64,000 nucleotides of DNA. It comes from Mobula hypostoma. Taxonomy: Eukaryota. The stretch is from positions 202,432,001 to 202,496,000 of the forward strand of contig NC_086100.1 in the NCBI RefSeq assembly GCF_963921235.1, written 5' to 3'. Positions 13,481-25,638 of the stretch are shown piece after piece. A program made the translations under genes and the position numbers. Every line of letters starts with the position of its first letter. The first letter of the stretch is position 1. The notes beneath the pieces are model-generated. The model was not told the origin of the DNA and made no database searches. It worked only from the letters and a program-made list of their open reading frames with translations.

Positions 13481-14055
13481 AAAAACATAGAAACATAGAA
13501 ACATAGAAAATAGGTGCAGGAGTAGGCCATTCGGCCCTTCGAGCCTGCACCGCCATTTATTATGATCATGGCTGATCCTCCAACTCAGAACCCCGCCCCA
13601 GCCTTCCCTCCATACCCCCTGACCCCCGTAGCCATAAGGGCCATATCTAACTCCCTCTTAAATATAGCCAATGAACTGGCCTCAACTGTTTCCTGTGGCA
13701 GAGAATTCCACAGATTCACCACTCTCTGTGTGAAGAAGTTCTTCCTAATCTCAGTCCTAAAAGGCTTCCCCTTTATCCTCAAACTGTGACGCCTCATTCT
13801 GGACTTCCCCAACATTGGGAACAATCTCCCTGCATCTAGCCTGTCCAATCCCTTTAGGATTTTATACGTTTCAATCAGATCCCCCCTCAATTCCAACGAG
13901 TCCAAGCCCAGTTCATCCAGTCTTTCTTCATATGAAAGTCCTGCCATCCCAGGAATCAATCTGGTGAACCTTCTTTGTACTCCCTCTATGGCAAGGATGT
14001 CTTTCCTCAGATTAGGGGACCAAAACTGCACACAATACTCCAGGTGTGGACGCAT
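13481..14055 (-). mobile_element. CR1 3' end with (CATAGAAA)n tail
   Basis: RPHLEYCVQFWSP...FFTQRVVNLWNSLP; tandem tail at about 13485-13510. Confidence 0.9.
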
Positions 14056-16572
14056 CGCAAACCACCTATTGCTAGTTTATAGTTGGGAGCTTAATGTCCA
14101 AGGATACACATTGTATTGAAAGGATAGGCAGGAAGGCATAGAGCTAAGGAACTGCAAGGGTAAAAAGACCCTGATAGGAGTCGTATATAGAACTGCAAGC
14201 AGAAGAAAAAATGTGGTGTGCAGATTGCAAAAGGAGATTGAAAACAGTTAATGCCAAAGGGGCAATGTTACAATAGTCATGGGGAGCTTCAATATACTGG
14301 TAGCTTGGGAAAATCAGGTTGGTGCTGGATTCCAGGAGGGGGAATTTCTAGAGTGCCTACAAGATGGCTTTTTAGAGCAGCTCATGGTTGAACCCACTGG
14401 GGGATCAGCTATTCTGGATTGGATGTTGTGCAGTGAACCAGAATTGATTAGTTAGCTTCAGGGAAAGGAACCCTTAGGGACAAGTGATCATAATATGATC
14501 AAGTTCCTTGGAAACTTCAGAAGGAGAAGCTAAAGTGAGATGTATCAGCATTACAGTGGAGTAAAGGGAATTACAGAGGCATGAGAGAAGAGTTGGCCAA
14601 AATTGGTTGGAAAAGAACACAGGCAGAATGTTGGTACAGCAGCAATGGCTGGAATTTCTGGAAGCTATTTGGAAGTACAGGATATATACACCCCAAAGAG
14701 GAAGAAGTATTCTAAGGGAAAGATGACACAACCGTGGCTAACAAGAGAAGCCAAATCCACCATAAATGGCAAAGAGAGGGCATAAAATAGAGCAAAAATT
14801 AATGGGAATTTAGAGGATTGGAAAGCTTTTAACATCCAACAGAAGGTAACTAAAAAAGTCACTAAGGTAAAGGTGGAATGCACAATTAAGCTAGTGTATG
14901 ATATTAAACAGGATACCAGAATACCAAACAACAGGAATTCTGCAGATGCTGGAGGGTCTCGGCCTGAAACGTCGACTGCGCCTCTTCCTATAGATGCTGC
15001 TTGGCCTGCTGCGTTCACCAGCAACTTTGATGTATGTTACCAGAATACCAGAAGTTTCTTCAGATACATTAAGTGTAAAAGAGAAGCAGGAGTGGATGTC
15101 AGACCACTGGAAAATGATGTTGGAGAGGTAGTAATCTGGGGGACAAGGAAATGACAACTGAACTGCATAAGTATTTTGCATCATTCTTCACTGTGGAAAA
15201 TACAGTGAAGTTCCAGTTGCCAGGGGTCATGAAGTGTTTGAAGTTACCATTACTAAAGAGAAGGTTCTTAGGAAACTGAAAGATCTGTAGGTAGATTAGT
15301 CTCCTGAACCAGATGATGTATGCCTCTGAAAGAGGTGGCTCTACATATTGTGGAGGCATTGGTAATAATCCTTCAAGAATCACTAGATTCTGGAATGGTT
15401 CTGAAAGACTGGAAAATTGTAAATGTCATTCCACTCTTCAAGAAGGGAGAGAGGCAGAAGAAAGGAAATTATCACCCTGTTAGTCAAAACCCAGTAGTTG
15501 GGAAGATGTTGGAATTGATTGTTAAGGATGTGGTTTTGAAGTACTCGGAGACACATGATGAAATAGACATGGTTTCCTCAAAGAAAACTCTTGCCAAACA
15601 AATCTGTTGGAATTCTTCGAACAAATAACAAGCAGGATAGACAAAGGGGAGTCGCTTGATGTTGTGTACTTGGATTTTCAAGGTGCTACACATGAGGCTG
15701 CTTAACAAGCTACGAGCCCGTGCTATTACAGGAAAGATTCTAACTGGATAAAACAGTGGCTGATTGGCAGGAAGCAAGAAGTAGAAATAAAGGGAGCCTT
15801 TTCTGGCTGGCTGCTGGTGACTAGCGGTGTTCCACAAGGGTCTTTGTCGGCACTGATTTTTTTATGTTATATGTCAATGATTGGATGATAGAAATGATGG
15901 CTTTTTTGCAAGGTTTGCAGATGTCACGAAGGTGGAGGGGTAGTTAGGTTTGAGGAAGTAGAGAGGCTACAGAAAGACTTGACAGATTAGGAGAATTGGC
16001 AAAGAAGTGGCAGATGGAATACAGAGTTGGGAAGTGTATGGTCATCCACTTTGGCAGAAGAAAGGAATAGGTTGGCTATTTTCTAAGTGGAGAGAACATA
16101 CAAAAATCTGAGGTGCAAAGGGACTTGGGAGTCCTTGTGAAGGATTCCCTAAAGGTTAACTTGCAGGTTGAGCCTGTGGTGAGGAAGGCAAATGCAATGT
16201 CATTTCAAGAGGACTAGAATATAAAAGCAAGGATGTAATGTAGAGACTTTATGAAGCACTGGTTAGGCCTCTCCTGGAGTATTGTAAACAGTTTTGGGCC
16301 CTTTATTTTCAAAAGGATGTGCTGAAATGGGAAAAAGTTCAAAGAAGGTTCACGAAGATGATTTCAGGATGAAATGGCTTGTCATATGAAGTGTGTTTGA
16401 TGGCTCTGGGCCTGTATTCACTAGAATTCAGAAGAATTGAAACCTATGCTGAAAGGCAATGACAGTGGATGTGGAGAGTATGTTTCCTGTGGTGGGAGGG
16501 ACTAAGACCAGAGGACACAGTCTCAGAATAGAGTGGCAACCTTTTAGAATGGAGCTGAGGAGGAATTTCTTT
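14056..16572 (+). mobile_element. Decayed CR1 ORF2
   Basis: EN and RT motifs (LFKKGERQKKGNY, SGVPQG, FAD) with many lesions. Confidence 0.8.
14927..15037 (+). mobile_element. Miniature PLE insertion with inverted 5' end
   Basis: About 27 nt of antisense PLE terminus fused to the sense 3' half of the hammerhead and tail; 13-bp TSD TACCAGAATACCA (14914-14926, 15038-15050). Confidence 0.85.
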
Positions 16573-16985
16573 GACAAACAAGAGAAGATCTGCAGATGCT
16601 GGAAATCCGAGCAACACACACAAAATGCTGGAGGAACTCAGCAGGCTGGGCAGCATCTATGGAAAAGAGTACAGTCGATGTTTTGGGCTGAGACCTTTCA
16701 GCAGGACTGGAGAAACAAAGATTAGGAGTAGAGTTAAAAGGTTGGGGGAGAGGAGGGAGAAACACAAGGTGATAGGTGAAACCAGGAGGAGGAGGGGTGA
16801 AGTAAAGAGGAGAGAGGTTGATTGGTGAAAGAGATACAAGGCTGGAGAAAGGGGAATCTAATAGGAAAGGACAGAAGGCCATGGAAGAAAGAAAAGGAGG
16901 GATGAGCAAAAAAAGGGAGGCGAAGGGCAGGCAAAGAGATAAGGTGAGAGAACATAAATGAGGCATAAGCAGTGAGGAAAAAGCC
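16573..16985 (-). mobile_element. PLE 3' UTR fragment with degenerate hammerhead
   Basis: Same tail and purine-rich UTR as 25640-26070; hammerhead core mutated (ctgctga...caaaa). Confidence 0.75.
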
Positions 16986-19900
16986 TTATAGAATTCTCAA
17001 GAAAATCCATTAAGATACAGAGCCTTCCGCGGGTGCAATGAACATACAGCCTCGGCAAAGTCCTCACAAGAAATAGGTTGATCCAATTGTTTTCAGTTAT
17101 CAACAGAAAGTGTAGGAATGTTTAATTGGTCTAAAAATTATTCATTTCAGTAATATCTTTATGAGGGTCAGAGCTATAAAGATTAGAATAAAATTCTCTA
17201 AAGGTATCATTAACTTCTAAATGGTCAGTTATCCTATCACCATTAGCTTTGCAAATTTCTTTAAATTTAAAGGAGGGGGAGGAGAAGATGGCGGCGAGAC
17301 GCAGCGCGTGCGGCCACTCCGAAATGATATCGTATGTGTTAACTAGGAGCCGTGTACAATCCTGATTTGATGGAGACGGACGTGAGAAGCACGGAGGAAC
17401 ACCTGGAGAAACTTCTGAAATGCCCGCTTCGCTGCTGCTGCTACTGTGCGATCGAGAATCTCCGGAGGGGAAGGCCCCAAATCCTCGGCTTTGCCTATTG
17501 CCAGGGCTGGGGTCGAAGCGTTCGGTAGAGATGGTGCTCGGTGCCAGAGGCTCGAAGTTTTCGGACGGACTCAAGAGTTGGCTGTGGTTGGGTGCTTCCA
17601 GGATGCTGCATCGGCAAGTTTGCAGCGCTGGAAGCTCATGGCAGGGAGAGTTTCTCCCTTCAACCGTCTGCGTGAGATGTTGGCACTTTCGAGAGACTTT
17701 GAGACTTTTTTTTAAAACCGTGCCCATGGTCTGTTCTTCATCAAATTACAGTATTGCTTTGCACTGTTGTAACTATATGTTATAATTATGTGGTTTTTGT
17801 CAGTTTTTCCAGTCAGTTTGTCATGTGTTTCTGTGATATCATTCCAGAGGAACATTGTATCATTTCTTAATGCATGCATTACTAAATGACAATAAAAGAG
17901 GACTGAGTGTCTTCAATCTAAATAATTTGCCATTTAGCTATAAAGGTTTTTAATTGGTTAGGCAACAATTTACCTGTTTTACCTCCATGAATATAAAATT
18001 GACCTTTATCTTTTAAGAGTTGAGTTTCAATTGGACAAGTTAAAAGAAGATCATATTTAGTTTTAATTTCAACACGCCTTTTATATAAAGCAGGATTTGG
18101 AGTCAAGGCATATTTTTGGTCGAATTGTTTCAACTGATTAGTTAATTCAATTCTCTCTTTATTAGCTTTTTTCTTAACACTTGCAGTATAAGAAATAATT
18201 TGTCCTCTAATACAAGCCTTGAAGGCATCCCATATAATAAGACTAGAAGTCTCTTCCAGTGTATTCTCTTCAAAAAAATTGTCTCTCTAGAAACTTTAAA
18301 AAATCCTTATCAGATAGCAAAGTTGAAATGCCAAAACCTATTTAGTTGAGGGAGGCCAGGGAGACTTAAAGATAAAAGCACAGGAGCATGATCTGAGATA
18401 GCAATCTCTTTATACTCACAGGATCAAACTAATGGAATCATTTGGCTATCAATAAAAATATAATCAATCCTGGAAGATGTGTGATGGACATGAGAAAAAA
18501 AACGCATACTCCCTGTCTACTGGATGTTAATGATGCCAGACATCAACAATATTACATTTCATTAGAAAAGATTGAATAAACAAAGCTGATTTATTAAGTG
18601 TTGCTGGTTTAGAAGATGACTGGTTTAGAACTGGATCTAACCAGCAATTAAAGTTTCCTCCCATCACCAATGAATAAAAACTCAAATCTGGCAAAAACAA
18701 AAAAAAGCTTAAAGAATCCTGAATCATCTATATTCGGGGCATACATATTAGCAAATACCATTAATTTATTATCTAATTTTCCTGACACTATAACAAAATG
18801 ACCATTAGTATCAGATACTACTTTATGTTGGATAAAGGGAACTGTGTTATCCATAAAAATCAAAACTCCCCTAGACTTAGTCTGAAAAGAGGAATGAAAT
18901 GTAGCCCTCTCCATCAGCAAAATAGACATAAATTGTCAAAATTACGTACATGAGTTTCTTGTAAAAAAATAATTGGGACCTTAAGTTTTTTTAATATGGC
19001 AAAAATCTTATTCCATTTCACAGGGTGATTTAATCCTTTCACGTTAAGACTAAGTTAATAGTTTGATCCATTTTTAATACTATTTAAAAGAAAGTTTAGA
19101 GTAATAACCACTGGAATGTATATTAAAACCAAATAATGAACCTTGAGATAGGGTAACCAAGCAACAGATTTTGGCTAAAAGTCCAAAACAGCCTCCAGAA
19201 AAAAACTCATTCCCCCCCCCCCCAAAGTCAGAGGGCCGGCCAATAGACAGTTGGCAGCTACAACTACCATTCCCCCCAAAAACCTACTGGTTGGGCTCGA
19301 AATTAATTTCAAGGTTAGCTGCATTCCAACCTAGATGAAACAGCAGACAGAAAGAAAAACTGAACCCTCATAACAAAAACACATAAATTAATTATTACAG
19401 TTTCAAAATGAAAAAATGAAAAATACCTATACTAAGCCTTATTGATAGAGAAAAACCTCAAGTATAATATAAAATCATAAAAACCTTTCAAAATTTAAAA
19501 CACATGAACACACAAGGTGTTAACTCATTAGAATCTTATTCTCTAAATAAAGCATTCAAAAAGAGAGTTAGCAACAAAGGTTTACCAAAAGTAAAAGCAA
19601 TTATTATGTAGAAAGATACTGAACATTTAATCTTCTGATTTAAAAAATTCCTGAGCCTCTTCACTTGAATGGAGCCATTCCTTAGAGACATCCCTCAGTA
19701 TAATTCTGAATCGAACAGGATAACGAAGCAAAGGCTTGAAACCTTTGTTAAAAAGTTCCAACATAACCTTTTTGAACTTAGAATGCTCATTCATGATCTT
19801 GGGTGAGAAATCCCCACAATTCTAATCTTATGGCCATTATAATCAATCATTCCTCTTCGACGGGATTCACGAATTAGAAGTTCCTTTGTTTGAAATTCAT

Positions 19901-20303
19901 GAAAACAGATTATTACTGATCTGGGTCTCCCTCCTGGAGCTGGTCTGGGCACAGGCGATCTATGATCTTGGTCAATCATAGGTAAAGACGTTAAATTTTA
20001 GGAAATAATTGTGCCAAAAAGCTTGCAAAGAATTCCGTAGGCTTATCACTTTCAGTTGACTCTTCAAGGCCCAGAATTCGTAGGTTATTTCTTCTACTTC
20101 TATTTTCTAAGTCGATAATCTTCTGTCTTAATTTTTCATTAGACTTGGATTGTTTTACACAAAGCTTTTGCAGGTCATCAGTTCTCACATCCAAAATCGA
20201 CAGAGTTGCTTCATTCTCTTCTATTCGTTTATCATATTCAGTTAAGGTTTTTTTTAAAATAGAATCCAATTTTGTAACTATTTTTTAAATTAAGTTGCTG
20301 GAA
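16986..20303 (-). mobile_element. L1 LINE remnant (ORF1 C-terminal part, inter-ORF, ORF2 endonuclease and linker)
   Basis: DLENRSRRNNLRILG, PRSVII (ORF1); NMYAPN, GGNFNCWLD, FREFYSNLYSS (ORF2); broken by stops. Confidence 0.9.
17272..17920 (+). mobile_element. ~650-bp non-autonomous retroposon inserted in L1
   Basis: Head GGAGAAGATGGCGGCG, CpG-rich body, AATAAA and aatctaa tail; second copy at 6412-7030. Confidence 0.7.
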
Positions 20304-22163
20304 CTTCACAAGACCAGAAGACAAAGGAGCAGAAGTAGGCCATTCAGCCCATTGAGTCTGCTCCGCCACTCCACCATGAGCTAAACTATTCTCCCATCTT
20401 GTTCCAATTTCCAGCTTTTTCCCCATATCCCTTGATACCCTGACTAATTAGATACCTATCAATTTCCTCCTGAAACACCCTCAATGGTCGAGCCTCCACA
20501 GCTGTATGTGGCAACAAATTCTATAAATCCACGACCCTCTGGCTAAAAGAATTTCTCCTCATCTCTGTTTTAAATGGGTATCCTCTAATTCTAAGACTGT
20601 GGCCTCTTGTCCTGGACTCACCCACCAAGGGAAACAACCTATCCACATCTACTCTGTCCAACCCTTTCAACATTCGAAATGTTTCTATGAGATCCCCTTG
20701 CATTCTTCTATACTCTAATGAATACAGTCCAAGAGCTGACAAATGCTCCTCATGTGTTAGCCCCTGCATTCCAGGAATCATCCTCGTAAATCTTCTCTGA
20801 ACTCTCTCCAACATCAGAACATCCCCTCTAAGACAGGGGGCCCAAAACTGCACACAGTATTCCAAATGAGGTCTCACCAGTGCCCCATAGAGCCTCATCA
20901 ACACCTGCTTAATCTTATACACTATTCCTCTTGAAATGAATGACAACATAGCATTCGCTTTCCTTACTGCCGATCAAACCTTGTGATTAACCTTTAGGGT
21001 ATCCTGCATGAGGACTCCCAAGTCCCTTTGCACTTCCGATTTTTGAATTTTCTCCCCATCTAAATAATAATCTGCCTGATGTACAATCGTACATTTCTCA
21101 ACATTGTATCTCATCTGCCATTTCTTTGCCCACTCTCCTAAACTGACCAAGTCTCTCTGCAACCTTTCCGTTTCTTCAACACTTCCTGCTCCTCCACCTA
21201 TCTTGGTGTCATCCACAAATTTAGCCACAAAACTATTTAATCCATAATCTAAATCATCGATATACATTGTAAAAAGAAGCGGCCCCAACACCGACCCCTG
21301 CGGAACACCACTAGTAACCGGCAACCAATCAGAATAGGATCCCTTTATTCCCACCCTTTGCTTTCTGCCTATCAGCCAATGCTCCACCCATTTCAATACC
21401 TTTCCTGCAATTCCATGGGCTCTCATCTTGTTAAGCAGCCTCTTATGCGGCACCTTATCAAAGGCCTTTTGAAAATCCAAATACACAACATCCACAGCCT
21501 CTCCCTTGTCAATCTTATTTGAGATTACCTCAAAAAATTCCAATAGGTTAGTGAGACACAAGCTTCCTTTCATTATACCATGCTGGGTTGGGCCTATTTT
21601 ATCATGCACCTCGCGGTATTTCATAACCTCGTCCTTGAGGATCGACTCCAATAACTTTCCAACTACCGATGTCAGACTAATAGGTCTGTAATTTTCTTTT
21701 TGCTGCCTCCCTCCTTTCTTAAATAGCGGAACTACATTTGCGACCGTCGGGTCCTCCGGAACCATGTCAGAGTCTATTGATTCCTGGAAGATCATTTCCA
21801 ATGCCTCCACAATCTCCAAAGCCACCTCCTTCAGAACCCGTGGGTGCACCTCATCCAGGCCGGGAGACTTATCTATTCTTAGTCCATTTAGCTTCCCAAG
21901 CACTTTCTCTCTAGTAATCTTGATTGTACCTAATTCTATTCCCTGAGACCTCTGGCTATCAGGTATGTTGGTAAAGTCTTCCACTGTGAAGACTGATGCA
22001 AAATACTCATTTAGTTCCTCTGCCATCTCTTTGTTACGCATTATAATTTCTCCAGCATCATTTTCAATCAGTCCTGTATCTACCCATGTCACTCTTCTAC
22101 TCTTCATATATTTTAAAAACTCTTAGTATCCTTTTTTATGTTAATCGCCAACTTCCTTTCATA

Positions 22164-23659
22164 TGTGAGGGGATCCTGAAGTACCCTATTAACTGTGCTT
22201 TTGAAAAGAAAGAGAGAGAGTTATTTAACAGCTTGTTTGTAAAAGAGAGGAAGGAAGACTAACTGTGGGACTGTCACTTTAAGGCACTGGAAGTAACTTT
22301 GGATTTCTGCTGAGTTTGGAGTTGGAGACAGCACCGAGCATCTCGAAAGTTGCTATGGTGACCGAAGGCAGGTTGTTCACACTTTTCAAGGACAGTTCCC
22401 CTGCTTAAAGCATTTCTTCACCGAGAGGAAGGAGGAGTTATTTGAATGACAGGTGGTACCCAGTACGGTGAGATAAATAGGAGGTCAGATGATACAGACC
22501 TCAGACACATGTTTGGACACTGAATGAGCATTGTTGTGCCCGCAGGAAAAGTGGGTTTTGCAGGATCGATCAGGCAGATCGATCCAGTCGCTCTTTTATA
22601 TTATTGTATTGCGTAGTTAAAGTCAGTCATACTTTATTGATCCCAGGGGAAATTGGTTTTCATTACAGTTGCACCATAAATAATTAAATAGTAATAGAAC
22701 CATAAATAATTAAATAGTAATATATAAATTATGCCAGGAAATAAGTCCAGGACCAGCCTATTGGCTCAGGGTGTCTGACCCTCCAAGGGAGGAGTTGTAA
22801 AGTTTGATGGCCACAGGCAGGAATGACTTCCTGTGATGCTCTGTGCTGCATCTCGGTGGAATGAGTCTCTGGCTGAATGTACTCCTGTGCCCAACCAGTA
22901 CATTATGTAGTGGATGGGAGACATTGACCATGATGGTATGCAACTTGGACAGCATCCTCTTTTCAGACACCACTGTGAGAGAGTCCAGTTCCATCCCCAC
23001 AACATCACTGGCCTTACGAATGAGTTTGTTGATTCTGTTGGTGTCTGCTACCCTCAGCCTGCTGCCCCAGCACACAACAGCAAACATGATCGCACTGGCC
23101 ACCACAGACTCGCAGGACATCCTCAGCATCGTCTGTCAGATATTAAAGGACCACAGTCTCCTCAGGAAATAGAGACGGCTCTGACCCTTCTTGTAGACAG
23201 CCTCAGTGTTCTTTAACCAGTCCAGTTTATTGTCAATCGTATCCCCAGGTATTTGTAATCCTCCACCATGTCCACACTGACCCCCTGGATGGAAACAGGG
23301 GTCACCGGTACCTTAGCTCTCCTCAGGTCTACCACCAGCTCCTTAGTCTTTTTCACATTAAGCTGCAGATAATTCTGCTCACACCATGTGACAAAGTTTC
23401 CTACCATAGCCCTGTACTCAGCTTCATCTCCCTTGCTGATGCATCCAACTATGGCAGAGTCATCCGAAAACTTCTGAAGATGACAAGACTCTGTGCAGTA
23501 GTTGAAGTCCGAGGTGTAAATGGTGAAGAGAAAGGGAGACAAGACAGTCCCCTGTGGAGCCCCAGTTACTAATAAATATGATTAGTAAATAGCAATACTG
23601 GACTCCAAACTGTTTTCCATCTCTGCTGGTTCTTGATTCCCATCACGGGGTATGTGACA
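22164..23659 (+). mobile_element. Solo LTR containing a Rex1-like insert
   Basis: TGTGAG...TGTGACA termini, TSD CATA; same family as 45479-46459. Confidence 0.9.
22620..23565 (-). mobile_element. Rex1/Babar-like LINE fragment
   Basis: LQKFSDDSAIVG, KTKELVVD, RKSFLPVAIKLYN. Confidence 0.85.
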
Positions 23660-24912
23660 CATAATTCATCTATTCTTTCCTAATGACTTTCTTAGTTTCC
23701 TTCTGTAAGTTTTTAAAAGTTGCCCAGTCCTCTTTTTTCCGGCTAATTTTTGCTTCCTTGTACGCTGTCTCTTTTGCTTTTATTTTAGCCTTAACCATAT
23801 AACCATATAACAATTACAGCACGGAAACAGGCCATCTTGGCCCTTCTAGTCCGTGCTGAACTCTTACTCTCACCTAGTCCCATCGACCTGCACTCAGCCC
23901 ATAACCCTCCATTCCTTTCCTGTCCATATACCTGTACAATTGAACTTTAAATGACAACATCGAACCTGCCTCAACCACTTCTGCTGGAAGCTCGTTCCAC
24001 ACAGCTACCACTCTTAGCCACATTTGTGCCATTTTTCCATTCATGATTTTCTTTCTTGGAATATATTTTTACCTGCACTTTCCTTATTTCTTGTAGGAAT
24101 TTCATTCAATTCTGCTCTACCGTCCCTCCATCTAGCTTACTCTTCCAATCGACTTGGGCCAGTTCCTCTCTAATACCACTGTAATTTCCTTTGTTCCACT
24201 GAAATATCGATACACCTGATACCTGCTTCTTTTCAAATTTGAAACTGAACTCAATCATGTTATGATCACTACTTCCAAGGGGTTCCATTACCTCCAGCTC
24301 CCTAATCGCCTCAGGTTCGTTACACAGCACCCAATCCAAAACAGCCGATCCCCGGTGGGCTTCTGGACAAGCTGCTCCAAAAAGCCATCCCATAGGCATT
24401 CTACAAACTCCCGCTCCTGAGATCCATTACCTTCCCAACTTTCCCAATCCACTTTCATATTAAAATCCCCCATAATTATCTTGACATTTTCTTTCTGACT
24501 CAACCCATAAGGATTCTACCTCTTCTGATCCTATGTTCCTTCTTTCCAGTGATTTGATATCGTTACTTACCATCAGGGCCACGCCACCCCCTTTACCTAC
24601 CTTCCTATCTTTCCTATACACTCTGTATCTTTGGACATTCAGCTCCCAATCACATCCATCATTTAGTCATGACTCAGTGATGGCCACAATGTCAGATCTT
24701 TTAACCTGTAGCTGTACGACAAGGTCATCCACTTTATTTCTAATGCTGCGTGCATTTTACAGTACATTTAGATCAGTATTTGTTACCAATTTTGCTATAT
24801 TTCTGTTGCACAGCAAATTATCCTGTCTATTCACCTGCCTGTCCTTCTTGCCATCTTTGCTGCACGGTACCTTTGACTTATTTCTATTTTCCTCTTTCTC
24901 GACCCTATCTTC

Positions 24913-25148
24913 TGCTGGAATGCCTCAGAAGATTCTTTTCTGTGTTTTTGAAGCAAATCCATAATAGATTCCAAAGTTGCAGGAGGCTCTTCTTCTTCTT
25001 TAGTACCTTTGGCACCCCTTGTAGCCATAGTAAAACAATATCACGTTTAAAAGTAAGGTTTCAAAGCAGGTTGGACACAGTAAAGTAAAACAGGGGGAAC
25101 TGTAAAAAGCTGCTAATCCATCAACGACTAGTAGGAATCTCCGGAAGT
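24913..25148 (-). mobile_element. L1 5' end and ORF1 N-terminus
   Basis: Begins ACTTCCGG on the minus strand; MATRGAKGTKEEEEPPATLESIMDLLQ...AFQQ joins FQQLNLK at 20303 across the CR1 TSD. Confidence 0.75.
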
Positions 25149-25638
25149 GGTTTAAACTACTATGGCAGGGGGATGGGAACCAGTATGATAGAGCTGAGGA
25201 TCAGCCAGCAGGTTTACAAGTAGATGATAGATGTAACACAAATGTAAGGAAGGACAAGCCAATGATTGGGTATAATTTGTCAGGGTTCAGTGGGACTCAA
25301 GTGCAGACCAATGAATATTTTTTCACCAGGGTTATTAGGGAACACGAAGGCAACAGTCTTTCAAAAACAGAAGGCAGGCACAAATCCGAAATGGCAGGTA
25401 GAGGTCTTAACCAGGAAAGGCAGTCAGGCAAGGGCAGACAATCCAGAGCACACAGGCAAAAATCAGGTCCAAGAATGGGTAAAATCCAAAACACAGAATC
25501 AGGCAAAATCAGTTGGCAGAAGTCACAATGACCGACTGGAACAACACAGGTCAGAACTGGGACAAACTGGCAGAGAATGCTAGTCAAGGCGGGGTTTAAA
25601 TGGACAGGGTAATGAGTGAACATTAGAAACAGGTGGGT

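Larger units (their letters stand above)
20304..24912 (-). mobile_element. CR1 LINE (nearly complete ORF2, pseudogenised) inserted in L1 ORF1
   Basis: 377-aa RT ORF 20974-22107 ([36 protein letters not shown]); TSD TGCTGGAA (20296-20303, 24913-24920). Confidence 0.9.

Noticed and set aside
17131..17785. 198-aa and 121-aa ORFs
   Set aside because: Chance frames across the GC-rich retroposon, one running into L1 ORF2.
20974..22107. 377-aa RT ORF as an active or domesticated gene
   Set aside because: Part of an interrupted CR1 whose flanking ORF2 sequence is broken by frameshifts and an LTR insertion.
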